Assembly: GCA_002269645.1 (NCBI GenBank)
Contig: NIVC01000158.1
Span: forward strand, 434,001-498,000
Source: Macrostomum lignano
Taxonomy: Eukaryota
Length of the DNA: 64,000 bases
Reading direction: 5' to 3'
Shown: positions 12,095 to 25,900 of the stretch, piece after piece
Numbering within the stretch: position 1 is the stretch's first letter
How the letters are laid out: each line of letters starts with the position of its first letter
Notes under the pieces: model-generated
What the model saw: the letters and a program-made list of their open reading frames with translations, nothing else
The model's database searches: none
Told to the model about the DNA's origin: nothing
Program-made: the position numbers and the translations under genes

Positions 12095-12096
<2 letters not shown>

Positions 12097-12540
12097 CCAG
12101 GGGTAGAAAGAACTTGCCGGCATTGTGTTGACTGCTGCCTACAAAGATGCTCACCACTATGCTATTTGAGACAGAACAGCAGAGTACAGCAGTGTGAAGT
12201 GTCCACACAGCTATGCACAGATATGGGGTGAAACGACAGGCTTGCGCAAAAAATACCATTAGCTATTGTTCTTTGCACAGTCGCATTAATTGTGCTCAAA
12301 GTGGGGAGGGGGCTGGGGGTTGAGATAGAGAAACTCAACAACTGAGTAGCTAACAAACGAAACTCGAACCTAGAGCTCCGAAAAAAATGCAAGGAGCTCG
12401 TGTGACGTCGACTGGATTCTAAAATTAGAACAGGTATTCGTTTTTAAACAGTTTTTTCAAAGCCATATTTGCCAGTTAGAGAGCGACAATCGTCTTTGGT
12501 CAACAGTAAATCAAGTTTTGCATTCTGTTTGGACAGTTTT

Positions 12541-13540
12541 ACGTGACCATAGCATAGAGAGCAGTTAACTTTAGCATTCAAACTGAGCAACTTCTTAACT
12601 TTTTAACATACTGTCAAATTTTTAAATATTCCATCTATGCATGGCGTTGTCTAAAAAGGCGATTTTTTATGTTAAATTGGTTTTGTCATTATTTAAACGT
12701 TTTTTTCAAGTGACAGACCAATTTATCATGAAAAATCGATTAATGCGTCGTTAGAGCAGCATGTGAGGCATAAAATAGTGGGATTAGAACTTTCTCTGAC
12801 ACTGTTAAGAGACCCAATCACTGTTTTAGTGTTGAAAATCGTGAAATTTCCTATCTCCGTATAGTATTTTCCGGTGAAACCTGCCTTTAAAACTATTTCT
12901 AAACAAAAAGCTTTATGAATATCGATATAGCAATAAGAAAGGCACAAAATATCAAAAGTTGAACACTGGATCTGCCTCCTATCAAAAGCAATGACATTTT
13001 TTGTGCTGAAAAAATTAAAACCTCCTATCTCTGTAGTGTATTTTTCGGCGAAAAGTTGCCTTCAAAACATTAACCATAGATTTCGAGTGTAGCGTCCTAT
13101 ATATATGTTACTTGAGTAGTCCTTGTGCTATCTATGGTCAGGTGATGCTAGCTTTCCACTAGCGCACAGGCCCTATACGAATTGGACGCAAAAGTTAACT
13201 GCTATCTATGGTCACGTGACGCTAGCTTTCCACTAGCGCACAGGCCCTATACGAATTGGACGCAAAAGTTAACTGCTATCTATGGTCACGTGACGCTAGC
13301 TTTCCACTAGCGCACAGGCCCTATACGAATTGGACGCAAAAGTTAACTGCTATCTATGGTCACGTGACGCTAGCTTTCCACTAGCGCACAGGCCCTATAC
13401 GAATTGGACGCAAAAGTTAACTGCTATCTATGGTCACGTGACGCTAGCTTTCCACTAGCGCACAGGCCCTATACGAATTGGACGCAGAAGTTAACTGCTA
13501 TTTATGGTCACGTGACGCTAGCTTTCCACTAGCGCACAAG
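12541..13540. mobile_element. Putative non-autonomous TIR/foldback element whose right end is amplified as a 74-bp tandem array (13125-13540)
   Basis: 12541-12575 is an inverted copy of part of the 74-bp unit. The interior (12850-13050) resembles 35880-36150. Confidence 0.5.
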
Positions 13541-14472
13541 ACCCTTACCCAAATAAAATGCAAAATGATGGCTCTATACGTAAACCTAAAACTTTAGGTT
13601 TAAGGCAATATACGAGCTTCGTAGCGATGGTATCACAGAAAGATAGTTAAGAAACAAGTATAAAGATGTGGTGGTAAAAGTACAATCTCACCAGGGCTCT
13701 TTTCTCCAGATTTCTCCAAAGAACTTAGTTCTGTAAGTTCTGTGGATTTCTCTGCTCTCTCTACCCCTCTCTCTCTCTCTATCTTTCTCTCTGGATGTCA
13801 TAGACAACACAATAGACAGAAATAATAGAGAAAGATGAGAATTAAGCAAAGAAACAAGTGTATGCTTGTATCTGCGCAAGCTAGCTAGTTGAGTGTAAGT
13901 GACAGGTAGAGTTGCATGAACCTCTGGATACCTGATTCGGAACGGGACCAGTGGCTCATTTGGAAATGAGAAACATTAATAAGCAACACGAGTCCTGTTT
14001 AATATTTGAAATTTGTTAAAGATTTAAAATAAAACATTCTGTACTGGTTACAAGTCCGTTCCCGTTTCCAAACCGGCTGTTTCAAACGTCCGTGGCTAGG
14101 AGACAACTTGAGCTGGAGCAAACAGAAACAAATTTAAAAGGCTTGACCAGTTCTTGCAACTGTTCTCTATCCAAGCATAGAATAATAATAAGTAAAATGT
14201 TACACGAAACAGCTGACAAAAGTTTTTAGTCGTTCATTTCTGTTTCGTTTTAGCCAAGACTAATTGGTTACCTGCTTTTCATCTTGCTGTTGTGTTTGAC
14301 AGGCTTCTACAGATCAAACTAACGGCTCCCGATAATTGCAGCTGTGTTCCTGCATCGAATAGCTTTAGGAGATGACAGCATGTGCTGTGAAACTCTACCG
14401 ATGACTGATTGGCCACAGCAGCTGAGCTGCCCGCGGCCAGGCTAACGAGGGATCGTTTCACAGGCTCCAAGT

Positions 14473-15076
<604 letters not shown>

Positions 15077-15565
15077 AGGTATAAAGAGCCGGTCACGAAG
15101 GAGTTGCAGGTGCAAAGCTGCCCGGTTCGGTAATGCCCCCCCAAATTGCTTACGTGCGGCGCTTCATCTCCTCTCGCTATTCGAGGTCCGCTTCACCTGT
15201 GCACTTTTTTGTCTCCTCTCCCCTCGCAAGCCAGTCCAGTTAGCAGTTGCCCGTTCATCAAGGCTGGACCTGCTGGATCCCACAACAGCCCGCCAATCTT
15301 CTTGCCCTGCCTTCCCCAATGCGAACCGTTCACTTCAGCCGATAACAAAGTGAAAAGTTTGCGCAGGTGAACCGCGAGCTACGCAGGTGGATTCCAGCCT
15401 TACCTGAGCTTAGTTAATGCAGCCTTGGAACGCTGGTTCTCGGACGCAAAAGCTTTCAGCCCTGATTCAGTTAGCAAGACTGCTTACTTCACACTGGAGT
15501 ATTTTGAATATTTTTCACCAAATTGTCTTCTTCGTTGCGGACCTGACCTGACCTGCTGACTTCTA

Positions 15566-15845
15566 ATCAGCAATCAGCAGTCAGCAAGCAGCAGTCAGCA
15601 GTCAGCAATCAGCAGTCAGCAGTCAGCAGTCAGCAGTCAGCAGTCAGCAGTCAGCAGTCAGCAGTCAGCAGTCAGCAGTCAGCAATCAGCAATCAGCAGT
15701 CAGCAGTCAGCAATCAGCAGTCAGCAGTCAGCAGTCAGCAGTCAGCAGTCAGCAGTCAGCAGTCAGCAGTCAGCAGTCAGCAATCAGCAATCAGCAATCA
15801 GCAGTCAGCAATCAGCAGTCAGCAGTCAGCAGTCAGCAATCAGCG
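15566..15845. repeat. 7-bp repeat CAGCA(G/A)T directly upstream of an ATG
   Basis: Direct reading. Confidence 0.95.
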
Positions 15846-15850
15846 GCACC

Positions 15851-18800
15851 ATGCTGTCAGCAGCCGGTGTGAACAGTGGCGCCGGCCGTCTCAGAGACTG
15901 CTGGTACACCAGCGGCGGCGGCGCGGTCAGATTCTACCCGATGGACCCGCCGACGATGTCCAACAGGCGGTCCGTCCGCTACCTGCACAAGTTCCGCTTT
16001 GGTGACACCTACCAGCTGAAGAGTCGCAGCTGGTTGCTGCCGCAGTTTCTCAGCGGCGCGCTGACCATGTGCGGAGTGATCTTCACCTTGGTGGGCATCA
16101 TCTGCCTGCAGATTAATAAATACCTGCGCAGGTAAGTTAAGAGCTACATGTACTTTCCGGCACACCTCATACTGCTCCCCCTCTGACACACCTCATGCAG
16201 ACTGCTCCCCTTCTGACACACCTCAAACTGCTCCCCCTCTGACACACCTCAAACTGCTCCCCCTCTGACACACCTCAAACTGCTCCCCCTCTGACACACC
16301 TCAAACTGCTCCCCCTCTGACACACCTCAAACTGCTCCCCCTCTGACACACCTCAAACTGCTCCCCCTCTGACACACCTCAAACTGCTCCCCCTCTGACA
16401 CACCTCAAACTGCTCCCCCTCTGACACACCTCAAACTGCTCCCCCTCTGACACACCTCAAACTGCTCCCCCTCTGACACACCTCAAACTGCTCCCCCTCT
16501 GACACACCTCAAACTGCTCCCCCTCTGACACACCTCAAACTGCCCCCCCTCTGACACACCTCATGCAGACTACTCCCCTCTGACACACCTCAAACTGCCC
16601 CCCCTCTTACACACCTCAAACTGCTCCCCCTCTGACACACCTCAAACTGCCCCCTCCTCTGACACACCTCAAACTGCTCCCCCTCTGACACACCTTAAAC
16701 TGCTCCCCCTCTGACACACCTCAAACTGCTCCCCCTCTGACACACCTCAAACTGCTCCCCCTCTGACACACCTCAAACTGCTCCCCCTCTGACACACCTC
16801 AAACTGCTCCCCCTCTGACACACCTCAAACTGCTCCCCCTCTGACACACCTCATGCAGACTACTCCCCTCTGACACACCTCATGCAGACTACTCCCCTCT
16901 GACACACCTCAAACTGCTCCCCCTCTGACACACCTCAAACTGCTCCCCCTCTGACACACCTCAAACTGCTCCCCCTCTGACACACCTCAAACTGCCCCCC
17001 CCCCTGACACACCTTAAACTGCTCCCCCTCTGACACACCTCAAACTGCTCCCCCTCTGACACACCTCAAACTGCTCCCCCTCTGACACACCTCAAACTGC
17101 TCCCCCTCTGACACACCTCAAACTGCTCCCCCTCTGACACACCTCAAACTGCTCCCCCTCTGACACACCTCATGCAGACTATTCCCCTCTGACACACCTC
17201 ATGCAGACTACTCCCCTCTGACACACCTCAAACTGCTCCCCCTCTGACACACCTCAAACTGCTCCCCCTCTGACACACCTCAAACTGCCCCCCCCCCTCT
17301 GACACACCTCAAACTGCTCCCCCTCTTACACACCTCAAACTGCCCCCCCCCCTCTGACACACCTCAAACTGCTCCCCCCTCTTCCACACCTCAAACTGCT
17401 CCCCCCTCTGACACACCTCAAACTGCTCCCCCCTCTTACACACCTCAAACTGCTCCCCCCTCTGACACACCTCAAACTGCTCCCCCTCTTACACACCTCA
17501 AACTGCTCCCCCCTCTGACACACCTCAAACTGCTCCCCCCCTCTGACACACCTCAAACTGCTCCCCCTCTGACACACCTCAAACTGCTCCCCCTCTGACA
17601 CACCTTACACTGCTCGAACCTCACCAAAAATTCCAGGTGTGATTCAGACGATGGAATACACTGCAAAGACAATCAGGCAAAAATTAATAAGTAATTGCAC
17701 ACGGTTTTTAACTTCATTTGTTTAAAGTATTTTGCGAAACTACTTTCTTTATTATCTATTACAAGTAGTATCATAAGAAGATTATTCGCATATTGTAATC
17801 CAAAATAAAAACGCGCAAAATTGCAGCGTCATGATGCCGATTGGAGTCGGGTCAACTGGCGGAGGATTAACGCTAATCTTAATCTCCGGATTTATCTTCG
17901 TGCACGCCTTCTGCGTTATCTACGACGACACGGAGCACCAAGTAGGTCCAGAGTTTTATACTAATTGGTGGAATGTGAAACCAGTCAAACAGTTGTTCCC
18001 TTCTGTGAGTTGCGGGAATTGCTATGGGAATGCCAAGCATGATCTCAACTGGTTGCTATGGGAATGCCAAGCATGATCTCAACTGGTTGCTATGGGAATG
18101 CCAAGCATGATCTCAACTGGTTGCTATGGGAATGCCAAGCATGATCTCAACTGGTTGCTATGGGAATGCCAAGCATGATCTCAACTGGTTGCTATGGGAT
18201 TGCCGAACATTATCTCAACTGGTTGCTATGGGATTGCCGAACATTATCTCAACTGGTTGCTATGGGATTGCCGAACATGATCTCAACTGGTTGCTATGGG
18301 ATTGCCGAACATGATCTCAACTGGTTGCTATGGGATTGCCGAACATTATCTCAACTGGTTGCTATGGGATTGCCGAACATTATCTCAACTGGTTGCTATG
18401 GGATTGCCGAACATGATCTCAACTGGTTGCTATGGGATTGCCGAACATGATCTCAACTGGTTGCTATGGGATTGCCGAACATGATCTCAACTGGTTGCTA
18501 TGGGATTGCCGAACATGATCTCAACTGGTTGCTATGGGATTGCCGAACATGATCTCAACTGGTTGCTATGGGATTGCCGAACATTATCTCAACTGGTTGC
18601 TATGGGATTGCCGAACATGATCTCAACTGGTTGCTATGGGATTGCCGAACATGATCTCGACTGGTTGCTATGGGATTGCCGAACATGATCTCAACTGGTT
18701 GCTATGGGATTGCCGAACATTATCTCAACTGGTTGCTATGGGATTGCCGAACATTATCTCAACTGGTTGCTATGGGATTGCCGAACATGATCTCAACTGG

Positions 18801-20181
18801 TTGCTATGGGATTGCCGAACATGATCTCAACTGGTTGCTATGGGATTGCCGAACATTATCTCAACTGGTTGCTATGGGATTGCCGAACATGATTTCACCT
18901 GGTTGCTATGGCTTGCCGAACATTATCTTAAATGGTTGCTATGGCTTGCCGAACATTATCTCAACTGGTTGCTATGGGATTGCCGAACATGATCTCAACT
19001 GGTTGCTATGGGATTGCCGAACATTATCTCAACTGGTTGCTATGGGATTGCCGAACATTATCTCAACTGGTTGCTATGGGATTGCCGAACATGATCTCAA
19101 CTGGTTGCTATGGGATTGCCGAACATGATCTCAACTGGTTGCTATGGGATTGCCGAACATTATCTCAACTGGTTGCTATGGGATTGCCGAACATTATCTC
19201 AACTGGTTGCTATGGGATTGCCGAACATGATCTCAACTGGTTGCTATGGGATTGCCGAACATGATCTCAACTGGTTGCTATGGCTTGCCGAACATGATCT
19301 CAAATGGTTGCTATGGCTTGCCGAACATTGTCTCAACTGGTTGCTATGGGATTGCCGAACATTGTCTCAACTGGTTGCTATGGGATTGCCGAACATTATC
19401 TCAACTGGTTGCTATGGGATTGCCAAACATGATTTCAACTGGTTGCTATGGCTTGCCGAACATTATCTTAAATGGTTGCTATGGCTTGCCGAACATTATC
19501 TCAACTTGTTGCTATGGGATTGCCGAACATGATTTCAACTGGTTGCTATGGCTTGCCGAACATTATCTCAAATGGTTGCTATGGGATTGCCGAACATGAT
19601 CTCGACTGGTTGCTATGGGATTGCCGAACATAATCTCAAATGGTTGCTATGGGAATGCCGAGCATGATCTCAACTGGTTGCTATGGAAACAGTGAGCATG
19701 GTCTCATCTGGTCGCTATGGTACTCTCGAACCCGATTTCGCCTGAATATCATAGAATAGCTACATGTAACGCACTTTAGTCAAGACCCACAATCCAGATT
19801 GCATCACCACCTGTGGATTTGACCCCGCCCCGACAGGAAGAGGCCCAGCAAGGCGTCCTGCACATCCCCACCATGCTGAATCGCGACGCATTAGGCGACT
19901 CAGAAGAGGTCTTGCCACCGCCGCCGCCAACTACGGCCACCACGCCGCCGCCGCAGCTCGAGGTGCTGCCGTTAGAGTTACCGCCGCTAGGGACGCCACC
20001 GCAGGATGCGGACACGGACACGGATGAGGATGTAAAACCGGACACGGATGCGGATGTAAAACCGGACACGGATGCGGATGTAAAACCGGACACGGATGAG
20101 GATGTAAAACTGGACGCGGATGCGAGTGTGAATCGGGCACTGAATAGAAGCCAAAGCTTCTACGACAACTTGACAGATTGA
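15851..20181 (+). CDS. Two-transmembrane protein, 265 aa, exons 15851-16131, 17827-17941, 19780-20181
   Basis: GCACCATG start context. GT-AG introns are phase compatible (2, then 0) and give one open frame. There are two hydrophobic helices (FLSGALTMCGVIFTLVGIICL; VMMPIGVGSTGGGLTLILISGFIFVHAFCVIY) and a Pro/Asp-rich tail ending SQSFYDNLTD. Confidence 0.7.
16170..17610. repeat. 26-bp minisatellite CTGCTCCCCCTCTGACACACCTCAAA (intron 1 of the 2-TM gene)
   Basis: Direct tandem units are visible. Confidence 0.95.
18018..19700. repeat. 34-bp minisatellite GGTTGCTATGGGATTGCCGAACATGATCTCAACT (intron 2 of the 2-TM gene)
   Basis: Direct tandem units are visible. Confidence 0.95.
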
Positions 20182-20524
20182 TGTTTTTGCAGATATTGCT
20201 AGTTAAACTCTAAATTGGGAATCACAAATAAAATATTTAATTATAGCCAGGTCTTAACTAAACAAACGGCAATACATTATACTAATTCTTTGCGAATAAC
20301 TCTTTGAATTCGAAGCAAAGCTTTCCAGTACAAAACGTTGCGGATAAGCAGATCAACACTGTATCCTGCGATCTCCCTGTCCCAGTAGATTTCTGTCCCG
20401 CAGTCTGATTCTCCACCGGGATGCTGCAGCAATCTGTCTGACCTCATAATGAGTGCATATACATGAGCGTGAGGCTATGGTTCTTATTAGCTAATTCTTT
20501 TTAAGCACGGAGCTCACTAAGAGA

Positions 20525-20532
<8 letters not shown>

Positions 20533-20586
<54 letters not shown>
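20533..20586. repeat. (GA)n microsatellite
   Basis: Direct reading. Confidence 0.95.
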
Positions 20587-20589
<3 letters not shown>

Positions 20590-21891
20590 GGACCTGGCTG
20601 GGCTGATGTTGGACTGATCTGGAAGCTTACAGCCCCTATAATTCCCATTATTAATTAGTGCCGTGAACGGCACGATCCAGCTCTGGTCGAGGCTGGGGGG
20701 GGGGGTTACAAAAAAGTCAATTTGGTCTGAGTCTGGCCGTGCAGAGTTGGATGAGTACCCCCTGCCTTTGCCTCGGATGTATCGCATGGCTAGACAAGAC
20801 TACACGATCTGGTTTTTTAGAGTTAACTTGCCTACTTCACTGATTCCTTTTTTTGTTCAGCCACGTGAACTATAGTTTTATACCTTAGTTATACGAGTGT
20901 TACCTTTGTTTATTTGAGTCTGTCTTCATTAGCTTGATCAGATTGACTCGGTGAAAGAGCTCAGTAGTTTTCTGAGCTCAGCTCAGCTCAGGAAAACTAC
21001 TCAGGAAATTTAACCCCGAACAAACAGCTGCAGGCACAGGAAGGTAAACCTCAAGGTCACGGGTAAGTACAGTGTTCCAAGCAATGGCCCCAAAGCAACT
21101 TTTCATACCGATAAACGAAACGATGCCTTGCACTAGCGTCGATGCTGGGCATAAAATCAAATTTTCTTAGATAAGACTGATCGTACTCTTATCAATGAAG
21201 CAGTTCTTCAGACTCGGGGAACAATCTCGCTAACCTAATGGATTTAAAAAACGAAAACAGCTCAACTCGATCGCCTCTCGAGCTGTCCGGAGAGATTTGA
21301 GCTACCCGGTCGCTCATCCCTTCATCCTCAGCTTCCCGAATGTTGACACCAGTGCTAAAGCACTGTCCATTTAGTAGCAGAGCTGCCCCCATTTCCTATT
21401 TAATCTCCTCTTCTCGCCGTCCGTCCGTCCTCTGTTTTTTCACTGCCGATGGTTGTTGAACTTGGCTACCTTTCCTGCCCATAGCTTACTCCGACTGATG
21501 AGGGCAGCTGTACTCAGGCACTCCCCATCAACCCTTCTCCCAAGTGTGCGCTGCAACTCGCGAGCGGACTCAGTGGGGCGGAGGTGGCTCAGGCATGGCA
21601 AGGAAGGAGAGGACTGCCTTTGATGAAGATACTTCCAGTCTCTGGGTCGGATGGAAATTTCCCTCCTTTAGCCCACTCTCACCGACCGACCCCTCCCCTC
21701 ACAGTGCAAACTGTCGACCTCCCATCGCCGCTCCCCATCATTCCTAACAAACTTGGCCAATTCTGAGTCTCAGTCTCAGATCCCCTACCATCCCAATGGA
21801 CTGGTGCACTCCCAGACTCACTGAGAGAGACGGACTTCTCTTCAGACTCCGACTCATACTGATGCGCTCAGTTCAAAACGCCCAGGCTCAC

Positions 21892-21893
<2 letters not shown>

Positions 21894-21946
<53 letters not shown>
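21894..21946. repeat. (GA)n microsatellite
   Basis: Direct reading. Confidence 0.95.
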
Positions 21947-21947
<1 letters not shown>

Positions 21948-22913
21948 CTCAGAGCTTTGAGGATGGCTTGGACAGCAATCGAGGGTAGAGAGGAATGATG
22001 GAGCAGAGATGCTGACTGAGCACTAGCCAATCCGCGTCCCCGGGCTCTGTCGCTTTTTGCCATTCTCCCAGAAGCCCCACCCCTCTCCTGTTCCTCCCTC
22101 TCCTTCGCCCCGTGAGCCTCCGCCCCATCGACGCACGCAGAGTCCGTCAGCGAATTGCCTTTGCCGCACGCGGATAAGAAACCTCAAGCAATATAGTAAG
22201 GGAAAGAGGGTTAGAGAGGCCCAGACTCTCTTGAGAACTTATAGGCCGCGCAGCCTTCTTCTTCCTCATCAACGTTCAACGTTGGCCAACCGAAACTTTC
22301 TATAGCATCGGGTTTCAATTTCAGAGAGTGGAATAGTCGACCAAAGGCATCAGGCATGGGTGAGTTGGCAAACTTATAAAACCGATATCCTTGAATGTTC
22401 TTAGTCAAGTCGATTTTAACATGTCACGTCAACTAAGTTAGATAGAAGTCTCTGAATGTCTAGTGGCCTTTTTCTATAGCTTCCGCAAGCTTGTAGATGA
22501 AGCTGTTCTGGAAACAATACCAGAAGAGGTTTTTATGGACTGGACTGGATCACGGGCAAAAATGTCAGTTTGGCGCCTCGTAGCGCTCGCTTTTCAATGA
22601 GCACTGTCTAAGCCACTCTGCCTCTCTCTCAAATCTTATGCAGCTCAACGTTGGCACGGTTTTGGGAAAATTCATCAATTATTTTTTACACAGGATGCAG
22701 CGAAAGGGTATAAGCTTGGGGATATTTATCCTCTGGGACGCACAGCGGATACGGCAGCTTAAAAAGGCTGCCTGCAGCTTAAATTATGCAGAGCCGCTGC
22801 CGGGGGAACTTACAGAGGGTATCTCAGTTGACAGACCTGGCTGCTTCAAGTCTTTCACTCAATTCTGTTGCTGCTTCTCAAGCCGAATCTACCCCCAACC
22901 CGCTGCAGCGGAC

Positions 22914-25900
22914 ATGTTCGGCTACTTTAAGCGTCGCTTCTCGTCGGGCGACCTGCAAGGCGAAGCTGCGGACAGCCGTCAACAGCAGCAGCAGCAGCAG
23001 CAGCAGCAACGGCAGCAACAGCCGCAGCAGCAGTCGCACCAGAGCATCGCCGGCTTCTTCAGCAGCATCACGTCCGGCGGGCCGCCGTCGTCATCTGGAC
23101 CGCGACCGCCGCCGGCGCCGAGCGCTGGCAACAGCGGCAGCTACGGCGGAGGTCCACCGCGCCGCGGTCCGTATCCGAGCGCGCCAACGTCGCCTTCAAA
23201 ATCGGCGCCGTTGCAAGCGCCGCCCCAGCAGCAACAACAGTCGGGTGGTGGGGGCGGCGCAGCCGGCATGTTTTCAGCTAGCGGCGTGGCCAACCTAACC
23301 GGTCAGCTCACCGGTGCCACCGGTGGCCTCACCGGTCAGATTAGCAACACTATTCAGCGTGGCATTTTTGCCGCCAATAGGAACTACAATCCAGACCGGT
23401 GCAAGGTGCTGCTGGTTATTGATGAGCCGCACACTGACTGGTGAGCGGAGCTGGGAGCGCGGCTAGCATACCTTCAGGTGTACCCAATCTCAGTTATTGT
23501 CTTCATTACGCTTCTTAGAAACTTGATTGGAGCTATTGAAGGAGAAGGATTTACGTAAGATCTGTGCAATATCACAAAAATACTGAATACATAGAGACGT
23601 CGGTAACAAAACAGAGGCAGCAGAGGTAAACGTGTCTGACTTTCGTGGCATAGTATCTAGGCTCAGTCACCACGTGCGCAGCCACTTCAATTAGGGGCTC
23701 GTATGATTCTTGACCACGAGGGCCAATCTCCAAGACCTTCGTGCAAACTAACTAAACATGCACTAACCTTGTGTATTAATCTCAATTCAACAGGTCAAAG
23801 TACTTCAGGAGTCGCAAGATAATGACAGACTGGGACATCCGAGTTGAACAAGTGAGTTTGCTCGATCTTTGATGCATTTATTATACCTTTTACCGAGAAT
23901 ACTTTCTCTGAGAACTTAACATTTTTTGTCGCCGAATACGGCAAGGGTCCTAAGTATACAAGGATTTTTTATGACAGACGGTCCAACCTGAGACGGTCAA
24001 TTAGGTCTCAAGTACAGAGTTTCACTTAGTAGACAGGTTGTTCAGAGTTGCTCAGAGACATGATTTATAAGTTTTGCTATACAGTTGGGTTCAATGGTTT
24101 TAGGAAACGTTTCTCAATACATGTACGCTCGTACTACAAGGAGTATTCGGGCAGTCAGTGTGCCAGAGTGCAGAAATACTAAATATCCTTGCCCAACTAA
24201 CACGCAGCGAGTAAGATCCCGAAGAAATTGCAGCCCGGGACTGAGCTGACGGGCTCGGCCGGGCCGGAATAATAATGTTTTCTCTTTCCTGCCGTCAATT
24301 TCTTGGCAGGCCGCATTCAGCGACATCTGCTTGGTCTCGTACGCCGGCCAGGGCTGCCTGGTGGAGATATCCACTGATCGATCTGGCAATCGAGGCGGGC
24401 GGTGAGCAAACACGGACCGTTCGAGCCCTTCCATCTATCCCATTCTCTCCTCGGTCCTCTCTCCTTTTTCGCTTTTTTACCCCGACCTCCTGGCGGCTTC
24501 TATCCGAGCAACTGCTTTGGATGCGTTTCTTGAAGAAAGATTGGGAGTAGGATCCAGCGACACCCCCTTGGGAGAGAAGCTGCTCAACCAACTGGCCAAG
24601 ATTGAACTGCAGCAAGCTTGAGGCAAGAAAGTCATGCCATGATAAGCGTATTTTACAACAGCCTACTTCTCCAAGTAGTAGTATGTTTGTAACTGTTAAG
24701 GCCGAAGATCGATCGGTTAATATTTTATTAACATTTACGCCGTAAACTGGTTTTGGGTGAATCAAGTTTTAGTGCAGTCCCCTACCTTCCAGGGTTGTCC
24801 CCAGTCTGAACTGTCATAACTTTCTCATTGTCATAAGCCCGTTGCCTTGGACTTACCCTCTTGCTATCGAAAACGCATTTGCCGCTGCGTCACTGTCGGC
24901 CCCAAATCCGCGCCTACCGCAGGGCGTTCCGGCCGGACTTTGCACTGGTGCGGCAGCGCGTTCGCGACGCCAGCACAGACTGGCGGTCCATCGTGATCGG
25001 CCTGGCGCACGGCGGCGTGCCCACGGTTAACCAATCGAACGCTCTGTATGGTCTGGCCGAGAGGTCTTGGCTGGTGCGCAAGACTTTTTTGCTTTTCGTA
25101 CAGTTGTGCCGAATCCTTTTCCCGCTGAGTTTCAATAAAATGGCTTTTTGATTGAAATTTCGCTTAGTTAAATTTAGAATTTATAGCAGACAAATTTCGA
25201 TTGAGTCATCAGCGATTCAATGTAAACATTAGTAACGCAACTAGCAATCTAGTGCCCCCCTTCGGGGCGGCCACCAGATAGCAAGCATCCCCCAGATAGC
25301 AAGCATCCCCCAGATAGCAAGCATCCCCCAGATAGCAAGCATCCCCCAGATAGCAAGCATCCCCCAGATAGCAAGCATCCCCCAGATAGCAAGCATCCCC
25401 CAGATAGCAAGCATCCCCAGATAGCAAGCATCCCCCAGATAGCAAGCATCCCCCAGATAGCAAGCATCCCCCAGATAGCAAGCATCCCCCAGATAGCAAG
25501 CATCCCCAGATAGCAAGCATCCCCAGATAGCAAGCATGCCCCAGATAGCAAGCATCCCCCAGATAGCAAGCATGCCCCAGATAGCAAGCATCCCCCAGAT
25601 AGCAAGCATGCCCCAGATAGCAAGCATGCCCCAGATAGCAAGCATGCCCCAGATAGCAAGCATCCCCCAGATAGCAAGCATCCCCCAGATAGCAAGCATC
25701 CCCCAGATAGCAAGCATGCCCCAGATAGCAAGCATCCCCCAGATAGCAAGCATGCCCCAGATAGCAAGCATCCCCAGATAGCAAGCATGCCCCAGATAGC
25801 AAGCATGCCCCAGATAGCAAGCATGCCCCAGATAGCAAGCATCCCCAGATAGCAAGCATCCCCCAGATAGCAAGCATCCCCCAGATAGCAAGCATGCCCC

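Noticed and set aside
22638-22913. N-terminal extension of the synapsin ORF in the track
   Set aside because: The conserved synapsin start is MFGYFKRRFSS at 22914, preceded by an acceptor-like CTGCAG at about 22908.
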